A model generated the notes under the pieces. The model was not told the DNA's origin, did not search any database, and saw only the letters and a list, made by a program, of their open reading frames with translations. Source: Tubiluchus corallicola (Eukaryota > Animalia > Priapulida). From it: a stretch of DNA of 64,000 nt. Both the position numbers and the translations under genes were made by a program. How positions within the stretch are numbered: the stretch's first letter is position 1; every line of letters begins with the position of its first letter. The DNA is taken from NCBI GenBank assembly GCA_030141605.1, contig JAQGDQ010000576.1, positions 72,985 through 136,984 on the forward strand. Reading direction: 5' to 3'. Shown one piece after another: positions 36,379 through 48,700 of this stretch.

Positions 36379-36881
36379 GATAAGATAAGATAAGATAAGA
36401 TAACATTTATTTTCATCGGTATGATATAAAACAGTACATATTTGTAAAACATGAGCTTAAAGCTCGTAAACCTATATCAAACATAATGTATATGAGCGAT
36501 AACATGGTAAGAATATGTACTTCTTAAAATCTTTTGGATGCCACCTACATGAAGACAGTAAAAATTTGAGACAGTAAAATTTTAGGCAGTAACATTTTCT
36601 AAAATTTACACAAAAAGCTATCTAGGTCAATAAAAATTTTTCCTGTCAACATATTCAGCATTTAATTACGACTTAACAAAATTGGGAAGTTTGCTGAATT
36701 TACAAATGGCACATTTACATGATACACCAGTCCATGAGTTAATTAGACGTTTAAATTCTCCAAGATTTTCGGCCATTCGGAGACAGTTTGGTAATTCATT
36801 CCACAATGTGGCTCCATAATAGGAGAAACTTTTCTTACCATATGTAACACCATCATATGTAGGGTGTTCTGCAGTGTTCAT
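36379..36881 (-). mobile_element. CR1/L2-group LINE 3' fragment
   Basis: ORF2 end YGKKSFSYYGATLWNELP..FKRLINSW..CKCAIC, then 3' UTR, AATAAA and an (ATCTT)n tail. Confidence 0.8.
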
Positions 36882-36984
36882 TTTTCTGAGATGCGATGAT
36901 TCTCAGATTCTTTGTACGATGACCCACAAAGTTGTTCTTCCTTTATACACTTGATAAAAATTCTATTCAATATTATATCAATCG

Positions 36985-39665
36985 CTAACCACTGCTGCAT
37001 GTCTGATTGTTGCCGTCGAGTGCCGCCCAATCAGGAAACGTGTTCCAGTCAAAAACAAAGTATCCATAACTGCTTGCAATGACAGTAACGATTAAACAGC
37101 AGACAACGTTCATTACTAATCCAGCTTTTGCCTGTAACAAAAACAATTTATTTATTGTCAACATGTAAAGTAAAAATATAATGGAGACTCAGTAAGTAAT
37201 TCTCTTACAAATTTTAAAACGAGTTTTTTATTTTTTATCTATAGCTTTTCGAGAGACGTATCACCTGTTTTACAAAGTTATTTTTCTGATAACTGAGGGT
37301 AAGTCTAGTCACAGTTTAAACAATAGTATTACATAGTTGTTTACGGCCATATCACGTTGGAAACACTGGTTCTCGTCTGATCACCGAAGTTAAGCAACGT
37401 AGAGCCTGGTTAGTACTTGGATGGGTGACCGCCTAGGAATACCAGGTGCTGTAGGCTTGCGGGATGCCCACACTGTATCTCGACACTAGGCGGAGGAGCT
37501 GCACAAGCAGTCAACGACTAGAGGGCGGAGGAGGTCAAGTGACCCAACGGCCATGTGTAGAGGAGTAAACCTTCCAAATCAGGAGTGGTGCCCCGAAGGC
37601 GGACCAGTGCAGCATGCTCACTGACTCCAGCAGCTCCTGCGGCCAACCTGGTGCCAAACGTATCGCTCCGCTTTCCTTTGGACTACACCAGGGAGGAAGA
37701 GAGGAGGTTCCTGTTGTCTGGGCAACTCAGGGTCTTCATATACCTTGCCCAGGCGTGCGCCCTGGAGACGTTCAAGGATCGGATTGCTCAGCCACAGTCG
37801 ACGTTGCAGCTCCACCAATGTGATCAATAACTGACTCTCTTGGCGCACATTCCATTGTCTTCCGAGACAGAAGGATGCCAACAAATACGTATGTATTACT
37901 ATTGTTTAAAATGTGGTCTAGAGTAGATTTGTGATGCCACAATTAAAGGACGCAGTCATTTATTCTCTGATACGCACAAATTTCCATTATACATGTAGTA
38001 GTAGTAGTAGTATTTGTATATGCATCGCTGGAGTGAAATAAATTGATTGATTGATTGATTGATATGGCAAAAGATTCTTTTTAATTTTGTTTTTGAATTA
38101 TTATCCAATACGTTGTAGTCACTTCATTTTGGATAGTAACTCACCATGTTTGGAATTGATAAAACCTACCATGTCAGAAATCCTTAATGTCCCGTAAGAA
38201 AACACAATAGCATTCGGTGGAGTTGCTACGGGCAACATGAAGGCGAATGAAGCTGCAATCACCGCTGGATACAAGAAATAATAGGGATGAACTCGTAGAG
38301 CAGACGACTGTTAAACAAAATAAAAACTTTGTTAGTTTTACTAATTAGATTATTAGTGTCAATGCCAGAATGTTCAGAAATCATTAAAGTTTATTTCACG
38401 ACAATTATTACCCATTGCTCGTAATGAGGCGAAGAAAAAAAGGAGACGCGAAAAAATGGTGTGCTACAAGGATGAATTCTTGGGCGTGCTCTGTCACGTT
38501 AAACTGGTAGCTTAGGTAGCAGAGTTGATGAAAGAAAGAAGACGTTGAAAAGTGGTGTGCTACAAGGATGAAATCTTGGGCCTCCTCTGTCATGTTGAGC
38601 TGGTAGCTCAGGTAGCAGAGTTGAAGAAAGAAAGAAGACGTTGAAAAATGGTGTGCTACAAGGATGAATTCTTGGGCCTGCTCTGTCATGTTGAACTGGT
38701 AGCTCGGGTGGCAGAGCAAGGGAGGTCTCGGGTTCAAATCCCGACTGGTTCACAATTTTCAGCGTCTCATTTCTTTCTTCAACTCACGATCCGCAATGGG
38801 TAATAATTATCATGAAATAAACAGCAATGGTTTGTGGACATTCTAGCACTCATAGTCATAATTTAAGTAATGACACCGTTAATTGCCAGCTAATTTAAAG
38901 AAAAAGCCTAACTTTGCTAGTAGTGAATGTGAAATAGGTATCCTGAGCTGACAATAGCTCTTTCAATTAACGGTTTTTTCCTTGCAAATGCCGTGTATTG
39001 TTCTTAATAATGCAGATTAATATGCCAAACCTACCAGGTCAGCTAGTATAGGAATCATGATCGTAGCCGTTGCCGTATTGCTGGCAAATTCGGTGAGCGT
39101 TGCGATGATGGCGCACAGAATGAAAACAATGAAAAATGGAGGCACCGATTGCAGAGCGCAGAGGATGGAACTAATTTCTTCAGACAGACCAGATTCCTGC
39201 AAGAAACGGTTTGATAACATCAGTTCGTGACCATTTGAACACCAAAATGAGAAACTGTTTTGTAGACGTAGGCGTACGAGGCGGGGGGGGGGGGGCTTAG
39301 GGGGGAAGTGGTTGCCCTCCAAGAGCAAATGTATTGTACATTTTCAGGGCAAAACTGTTTATTTTCACTGCAAACAATTCCGTTTTAAAATTTCAAAATC
39401 TAAGATTTCAATATTCAAGAATTGCTTGCGTACTGCATTAGGCCTACCTCTTTTTGAATGGCTGCAATTAAAGTGTTTCTTGTACGACGAATTGTTTTAA
39501 TAATTAAAAAGTTACAATAGAACTTGGTATCAGTTTTAGTTCACTAAACCCAGGGCCGGCCTTAAGCATAGGCAAACTAGGCAACCGCCTAGGGCCTCAC
39601 CCTCCAGGGGGCTTCACGCCGAGGTAACATTTTTTTGCTTTATGCGAACATACTGCCTCCTCCCT

Positions 39666-39706
<41 letters not shown>

Positions 39707-39718
39707 ACTCTCTCTCTG

Positions 39719-39785
<67 letters not shown>

Positions 39786-42700
39786 AATTGCGTAATTTTA
39801 TTTTTTTCGTATTTATTTTTTATTTTTCTATTTCATTTGGGGCCACCAAATTCACTTCGCCTAGGGCCTCCAATTACCTAAGGCCGGCCCTGCTAAACCT
39901 CATAAGTCCTTTGTACACTTTTCAAGTACATGCTTCTCTATGTGCTCGAAAGCTTAGTACATGTTTGTTTTGAAAAAGAAAAACATAAACCGTCGCCATT
40001 ATTTCTTTTAATTTTTTTTAAACGTTAGAAACAGCTTTGTGAAAGTATTTGCATGTTTGATCAGTGAAAATGCAAACCTTTGACTTGTGTTTTGTTTGAC
40101 TTTTTAGATTTTCTAATAAAGGATGTAAGTCATAAGTCATTTATTTCATCTTACACATTTACAATAGTTTCATGTACAATATCTAGTGAAAGGGCCTACA
40201 ATGGATATAATACAAATAAGAAATACTGCACAGGAAAAGCCTCAAACACTGTTCACTTATACACGAAGGTAAATGTGTTGCGGGCAATCAAAAAGCAGGG
40301 CTTGTTAGATTGTCCCACACAGTGATAGAAAAAAAGTAATGGAGATAATCTGAAAATTTAAAGTGAATCGTATGATAAAGAAAACATTAGTGCTTAAAAT
40401 GGAATGATGTAATGAATGCAGCTCATATATGGGATGATATAAAAGATAGAAAGACTATTATTTGTTAATAGTATGTAAAATTAAGATAACTTGATTAAGC
40501 TAACACCACTGTTTTGCAACTACTGTGTGATATTTATTATAATTCGGACTTCTTGTATTTATTTACTATTGCAATTGTTATGGGGTGTCAGGAGATGATT
40601 GTCTCTCCTCTCAAACAAGGGCAACTTTGAAAATTTTTGGGCAAATTCCTTCTGCCCTCCTTGTGAAACTTTCTCCGGTACGCCTATTTCTGTGAAAGGT
40701 AACTAAATTTGATAAATTGTTACAGCCGTTATAATTTAGAGCAGCACGATACTTGCCCATCTTTCCCCATTTTGCCAAAAACTAGAAGTTGATAATTTTA
40801 GTAGTTCAGCGTGAAAAATACTCATATAACCTTGACCTACTAATTTTCTTTTTGCTAAATGAAGTTTTTTACGTTTTCGTTTTTGTAGTTTGTTGGCATT
40901 AACTATCGTAATTAATGCAGACATATTCTTGTTATAAGCCATTTGACCTTTCAAAAGTCACGTGACTCGATTTTTGACTTTTCAGACGTTACTTTGACGT
41001 TGGTGTTTGATCTTTTAGAGGCTATAGTTCTTTGACTTTCCAGAAGCCGTTTCATCTTAATGTTTGGTCAGACAAGCACTATTTGACATTGACTTGACCC
41101 TTGATTTTTGACCTTTCACTATTTGACATAGACTTGACCTTTGATTTTTGACATTTCACTATTTGACATTGACTTGACCTTTGATTTTTGACCTTTCACT
41201 ATTTGACATTGACTTGACTTTTGATTCTTGACCTTTCACTATTTGACATTGACTTGACCTTTGATTTTTGACCTTTCATCTCCATTTTCGTGTCACGTGG
41301 CTTCTTCACAATCACATCTTCACAAACAACGTGAAATTTTACTGGCAGGTTCAAAAACTCTATGATCCAGAAGTACAACCATTGTTATACCAATAGCACT
41401 ATTCCGACTTCCTGTACAAGTGTAAATTGCTGCACGGATTTTTTTACCTGGACACCAGCAGCTAATGCATACCCTCCTCCCAAAAGGAAGATTATACTCC
41501 ACGGTAACTTTTGGTGTATGGTGTCCCATCCTATCACTGTCCCTCTCGGTGACTTGGATTTAGCGTCTAAAAAACAATTTCCACTTTTTGTGTTAAAGAG
41601 CAGCACGAATAACACAGTTACCCTCAGGTCTAGTGTGAAGGCATAGTTATGTATAGGTTTTACATGTCAAATGTAGGCCTACGTTAACTCAAATGTAGAT
41701 TTAGGTAATTCAAATGTGTCTTGGTAACTCAAATGTAGATTTAGGTAATTCAAATGTGTCCTGGTAACTCAAATGTAGACTTAGGTAGTTCAAATGTGTT
41801 AACAATGGTTTTCAAGAAATCTTAAGCATTTTTGGTAAGTCAAATGTAGACACATGTCAAGTCAAATGTGAAACTGGTATTTCAAATGTAGATAGGTGGT
41901 AAAGCTTAAAGATGTTAAATTTAATCTTTTTTAATCTTAATTTAATAATTGCTGTGAAAATAGTACCTTCTGCTTACCATTTTACTAACTAAAACTGCAG
42001 TTGCAGCAGTTACCATTCTTCTCTCGGCGAACTTAATTTTCACTATTTCTACCACCTCAGTCATGGGACCTAATATCTTCTTCTAAGGTTGGAAACAATC
42101 AGTAATGTCATGTTTAGAGTTAGTTATAGAAGTTATAGAAAATTTCAACTAATCTGCTTTCGGCGCCTGACACAAGATGAAAAAGTTGCCAGGCTAAAGA
42201 ATAAATAAAAATTACAATTGCTGCAGCGTTGCTCATAATCTATAATTTACGTAATTTATTATACCGTCACCAGAAGCAGCACAGCAAAGAAAGTTTGGAC
42301 GTTCGGCTGGACATACGAACAAAAGCAGAGTGACCAAGACAGCTGCGGTACCATCTGTGACATACCTACATGAGAACAAGACATAATTGTAAAATACAGG
42401 CATTCTTTTGCTAAAATTTCTAGCTGGCTGTTGAGCGGTCAAGATGAAATTTATCAAACTTCAAGTTTGTTCTTGACTCTGTCGTCATCATCATCATCAT
42501 CATCATCATTATCATCGTCATCATCATCATCATCATCGTCGTCGTCATCATCATAATCATCATCACCGTCATCATCACCGTCATCGTCATCATCGTCAAA
42601 GCCAATATGAAATTTTCTTACCCATTAGTCAAACTTCTGTCTCTTGGTGACTGTGTCATTATTATCATCATCATTATCATTACCATCGATGTCGTCGTTG

Positions 42701-45700
42701 TCGCCATCGTCATCATCATCATCGTCGTCATCGTCATCATCATCACCATCATCATCACCGTCATCGTCAAAGCCAATATGAAATTTTCTTACCCATTAGT
42801 CAAACTTCTGTTTCTTGGTGACTGTGTCATCATCATCATCATTATCATTACCATCGATGTCGTCGTCGTCGCCATCGTCATCCTCCTCATCATCATCATC
42901 ATTGTTATCATCGTCATCGTCATCGTCATCATAGTCGTCGCCGTCATCATCACCGTCATCGTCATCATCGTCAAAGCCAATATGAAATTTTCTTACCCAT
43001 TAGTCAAACTTCTGTCTCTTGGTGACTGTGTCATCATCATAATCATCATCATAATCATCAACATTATCATTACCATCGATGTCGTCGTCGTCGCCATCGT
43101 CATCCTCATCATCATCGTCGTCGTCATCATCATCCTCACCTTCGTCATTTTTATTACTCTGATGACATGACGCTATCATGGCTGTCATTACTGCTGTCGT
43201 CATCATACCACAGTCACCATCATGACCATCATTATGGTCTTATTTATCATAATCCTTATTATTATCGTCGTCATTTTTGTATCATCATTTGTAGTTGTCG
43301 CTACGATTATCAGCGATGGTAGCAGCAATAGGTCGGTGTCGTTGTAGTCACTGATTTCTACAACACATATTATAGGTTTTACATGTCACATGGAGACCTG
43401 CGTTAACTCAAATGTAGACTTGGGTAATTCAAATGTGTCTTGGTAAGTCAAATGTAGACTTTGGTAGTTCAAATGTATTAACAATGGTTTTCAAGAAATC
43501 TTAAGCATTTTTTGTAAGTCAAATGTAGGCACATGTCAAGTCAAATGTGACATTGGTATCCCAAATGTGGATAGGTGGTAAAGCTTAAGGATGCTAAATT
43601 TAATCTCCTTTAATATTAATGTAATAATTGCTCCTAAGTTAAAATAACAACGTTATAAGGTCTACTAATAGATGCACTATCTTTGGTTTATCTTTTTCTA
43701 ATTTGCACTTAAATAGCTTAGTTACCGATTTATTCAAAGTAATGCATCTACATTTGACTTACCTACGTCACATTTGAGTTACCAAAACACATTCGAAATT
43801 CCTATGTCTACATTTACTTACCTAAGTCACATTTGAGTTACCAAAACACATTCGAAATTCCTGTGTCTACATAAGTCACATTCGAAATTCCTGTGTCTAC
43901 ATTTTACGTGTAAAACCTAAATAGAACACATTTCCTGAAAATCATAAAACTTATCAACTTTTTTCATTTAAATGCTGAATTACCCGGATTCAAAAAGATC
44001 TCCCCATCCTGATGTGAAAGATGGTGATCGTGTCAACCACAGAATGACTAGGAAAATGAAATTTGCTAGAACAACGGCTTCTGAAAACCTGAAAAGGTAC
44101 AACAATGTGACACAACACAATCAAAAATTGAGATACAGTCTTTCAAGACTGCTACTTTCAAAGCTGCAAAAAATCAGAAAAATTTCGCTCTCTGGCTTTA
44201 TTGATAGGTCGATTAGTGACTTTAGTTTAATGTGAATTAAATTTCTGTTTTTATTGTTCGATAGAGGTGGTCCTATCTAAAACTTTGCTTTCGTGACTGA
44301 GATACAGTATAGAAATAATGGCGACTGATTATTGATTGCAAATTCGGCACTAGATGATGTTAATTAAATTTTATTTGTTATTAATTAATCTTCACAAATT
44401 ATCATTATTATTGAAAGAGCAAAAAAGAGAAGCAAAAACGAAGTGCTGCTTTGCAATATTTACAAGGCTGCAGGACAGTGCCTAGCAGACAAGATAGTGA
44501 AAAAAGCTTGTACAGTGTAAAAAACATTGTGTGATTATTTTTTGAACATAGCCTGAACATAGCGACATTCAAACTAGCACGCTTTATTTTTGACAGCAAC
44601 TTGGAAGTGTGAACTGCTTTGCGAGTTACGATCGGCAAGTTATTGCAAACTCTCGGACAGTTACTGCGAGTTAATTTGGTGTTTAGGTCATTGGTGTGCA
44701 AATTGCGGCCCGCCCACGGGCCATTTACGGCCCACGGGCCGAGAAGAGATTTGTCAACCTAATGAAAGTGCGGCCCGGGCGATTAATTAAGTGTATCCAG
44801 CTGAAGTCCGTGCCACGATCCCAAAGATAGTGCAGGTAGTTTTTTCTACTAGAACGGATGCCATTAACCCTTACAAGACGGTTGTAGCTTAATGTCACTG
44901 TACTACACAGACTGTGTGATACACATTACTAATATGCATTGTAACGAAATTACCACTATCTGTCCTGAAATATATGGTTTGTAATATAAATTTTAATAAC
45001 TTCTAAAATAGTTTCTTGAGTGTAGTAGTAATGATGTACGCAGGTCGGATGCAAAAAATTTTTATTAGGCCTTTCTGTACTTGGCTCCTTGATCAAACTG
45101 CCTGTGGCCTGCAGGAATTGCGGCCCGGCTAGTCAGATAATTTGCACACCCCTGATCTAGATGAACCAAGCAGAAGGCGCGCTGGTGTGAACGAGTTGGT
45201 CTCGACACTTCTCGCAGGGAATGAGAAGTGGAGTGTCAGCTCACACTTACCGTCAGAGAGTCATTGGCGGCAAGGTTTCCTCTCTGGTCTGAACGTGTTA
45301 CCGAGTTACTTAACGAGTAACTTGGGGAGTTAACTTGCCGAGAAAACTCGCTAGTCTGAACGAGCTATGTTTTTTGGAATTTATTATCAACAACTTACAA
45401 CAAGCCGTTCAAACGGCAATTACTGTTAGAGATTTTTTTATTACAACTATATGTAGTATTTGTATTATCTGTAAAATGAATTATTCTCCTCAGCAAGTTT
45501 GAGAATTCTTTTACTTAATTGGTCCAAGTGCATTGTACTGTTTTCGAATCACACTGGTAGCTGCATCCCGCATTGTTCCACTGTCGTCATGGCAACAGCC
45601 AAACAACTTTCTGCAAATCATAAAAATTATTTTCTGGTTGAACGAATTATTCAGAAATACAAAGTCGTTGTTCTCAATTTAAGCATCTCGTGGCGAATCC

Positions 45701-48700
45701 AGGTAAAATATCACAGGTAAGAGATCACAGGTAAAATATCACAGGTAAAATGTTACAGAAAAAAAGAAATTGCTTCTGCTAACCTAGCCAAAATTAATTG
45801 TGCCAAAATTATGACTTTTTTCCTGTGACTTCATTACCAATCACCCTTGTGACTTTTTGGACATCTTAATTTAAAATTTTAGGGTAATTAACAGTTGGCG
45901 AAATAGCCTACAGGGTAACATTTGCATGGACAAGGTTGAGCTTAAAATTCAAACTAAAATTGAACTTTGGGCCCAAAATTAAATTTTGGTGTGAAATAAA
46001 AGAACACACTGATATGTGACAAGGAACAAAATTGAGACTTTCTGATTGGATAATAACAATAAAGATAGCCTAAGATTAAAAACGAAAACAGGAGGACACA
46101 CACTGCTCTATTCTGAACTATACATTTTAACGCCTATAAAAACGCCAAAATGATTAAATAATATCTTAAAAACTTAATCAACAGCCGGTGAATCCAGCTA
46201 ATGATGACGTCAGAACTGAACATAATTTTCAACAGCACAGACACTTCATGAAAGTATTGCGCGTGTTTGCGAAAACCAAAATTAGAGTACAGTGCAACAT
46301 TTAGTGTGATACACAAAAAATCGACAAATTTATGTCTGAACATTTAAATTCTAAATTTACGGCTGTGCCATCATACGATTTCACCACAAATACATGCTAC
46401 GTCAGAAACGAACTAAAACACCTCTTGGGTAATAATTCTTTCATAACTCCCTATTAAAAAACAACTATGTTCTTTTTCAATATTTTGTACATTCAATTTT
46501 CTGACCTTTCGTTTATAATTGGGTTCTGTTTCCCTTTAAGTGTGTTATCGGTTGAAAAGATGTCAAAACAAATAGTTTGTTTAAAACAAAACTGGACCCA
46601 ATCTTAAACAGTAGGTCAAAACAATCTAGTCTGTCAAATATTGAAAGGAAACACACTATTTTCTCAAAAATGACTTACGTGAAAGAATTATTACCACATA
46701 AACACAAGTTCGTGTTTGAGCCACTGGTTCTTCACTGTTACATGTATTTCGCCACTTGCTAGTTAGACGGGCACTAGCGCCTGTATTTCGAAAACGCAAT
46801 GCATAAAAAACAGGTGCTGTACCTCTCAGTTCATGTGCTAGTTTGTGACGAAACTGCACACGCTCGACAGTTCATGCGTGAGCACAGCGGCATATTTGGA
46901 AATTGAATTTTTATCTTAATAAAACTTGCCTAGTTATAGTATAGCACACTGAATATCTTACAGTAGCACTGTACTTCAATTTTCACTTTCGCAAACACGT
47001 GCAACACGCTCGTGGAATATTTTCCTGTTAAAAATTATGTTAGTTTGCGATGTCATCAATAGTTGGGCTCGCCTACCGTTAATTAAGATTTTACTCTATT
47101 ATTTAATTATCACAAACGTTTTTGAAGTATTAATTGTGCTAAAATGTATACTCCACTGTAAATGTAAATGTAAATAAACCTCACTTACTTGAAACCGAAG
47201 AAGTAAAACTGTAGCCACAACCAGGCAATGGTGATGCAGACTAGAGCATTGGGTAAAGCGAACAACATCCAACTTGTGAACGAAATCTCAACTCCATAAA
47301 TACTGTAACGTAACAGGCAATATTCATATATTAATCTTTGTAACAAGAAGAACGTATCCTTTAGCTTCAAGTTCTATGTAGTTTCGCTGATCTTGGTTGT
47401 TACTTGCTAAAAGATCACATATGTTTCTGCCGTCGTGCTGCAGGTGTCCTTGCAATAAGTAACACACCACAAACAGTTATAAACTTGAACAACATAAGTA
47501 GTCAAACAACGAAATTAAGGACTCTTGAAAAATGTGTTGTAAATTCAATATGCAGATGCAACGGAGTTAGGATTTTTATATTTTTGCACTGTGTTACAAT
47601 GAATTTCAAAAACACACAACAACAACAACAATAAGGAACAACAGCTTCATACTTTTGCATTTTTTACACCTGCTATACGTGTTCTAGTGCCCCGTGCTAA
47701 TTTAAACAGTGTAGATGGTGCAGTTAGAAATAAATTTTTGCAGTGAGCGACGGTCAAGGGACAAAATTTACTGTCCAATGGTTACTATCGAATGACCTTT
47801 CCCACCCAAGCACATACTGTAACATTACACACAATCTTGGTTTGAACGAATAGGTAGCTCTGTGACGTAGTGCTCAGAGTTTAAACAGACAGATGAGGTG
47901 AACACACATAAACACGCCAACAGACAGATAGACGAACAGACGCGCTTTGGTATAAGTGTTAATTAAATATCATTTAACGTAAATAACAACTTTGTTGTTC
48001 TGAATATATCTGTGGAAGTTGGAATTGTACATTAGAATTAGGTGCTGCCATCTATGGGCTACTCCTGTTACATTCTACCAGCTGACTTACCCCCAGTATA
48101 ATTGTATGGTCCAGTGAATGCATATTCACTGGTTCTCTCCCTATTTTAAAGTAATGGTTGTTGTGAGGCCTGTGCAAGTCTGCATAGGTCAAGTCCTATA
48201 CCTATATACTGACTGGTTTTGCTTTCTAGTCACTCTCACTCTCACTCTCAGTGTTCAGTGTAGGAGACTCTCTCACCCTCACTCTCAGTGTTCAGTGCAG
48301 GAGACTCTCATACTCTCACTCTCAGTGTTCAGTGCAGGAAACTCTCACTCTCACTCTCAGTGTTCAGTGCAGGAAACTCTCACTCTCACTCTCAGTGTTC
48401 AGTGCAGCAGTCATGCTACTCATGTGTCTGTAGTTTTAATAAACACTTTTCTGTTGTGTGCAGTGCAAATATGTATTATAGATTTTTTATTCTTGTTCAT
48501 ACTTCTGTGCCTAAACTCAATCATAACAAAGTGAGTGATCAACAACTTCAAACATAATTTTCACAATATTTCTCGCCATCGTCTAGTCATTTTTGATTCA
48601 ATGTATTTTGATAACTTACGCTAGAACTTGTCCTGCTAGAACCAAGTTTGGGATCGTTCCCGTGAGGGTAGCCGTTCCACCAATGTTAGCCGAGTAACAA

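Noticed and set aside
37339-37458. Functional 5S rRNA genes (also 15052-15167)
   Set aside because: No oligo-T terminator, dispersed, both fused to the same body, and a sibling copy has a TSD and tail; these are SINE heads.
37431-37525. HDV-like ribozyme at the SINE head-body junction (gcctag..tgt-atctcg-aca-ctaggc-gg)
   Set aside because: P1/P3-like pairing is possible, but L3, P1.1 and J4/2 do not fit the consensus by eye; a descriptor search would be needed.
42482-43200. CRISPR-like constant blocks with variable spacers; 187-aa Ile/Val-rich ORF
   Set aside because: The spacers are mutually related CAT/CGT microsatellite, so this is a tandem triplication; the ORF is a repeat artefact antisense to an intron.
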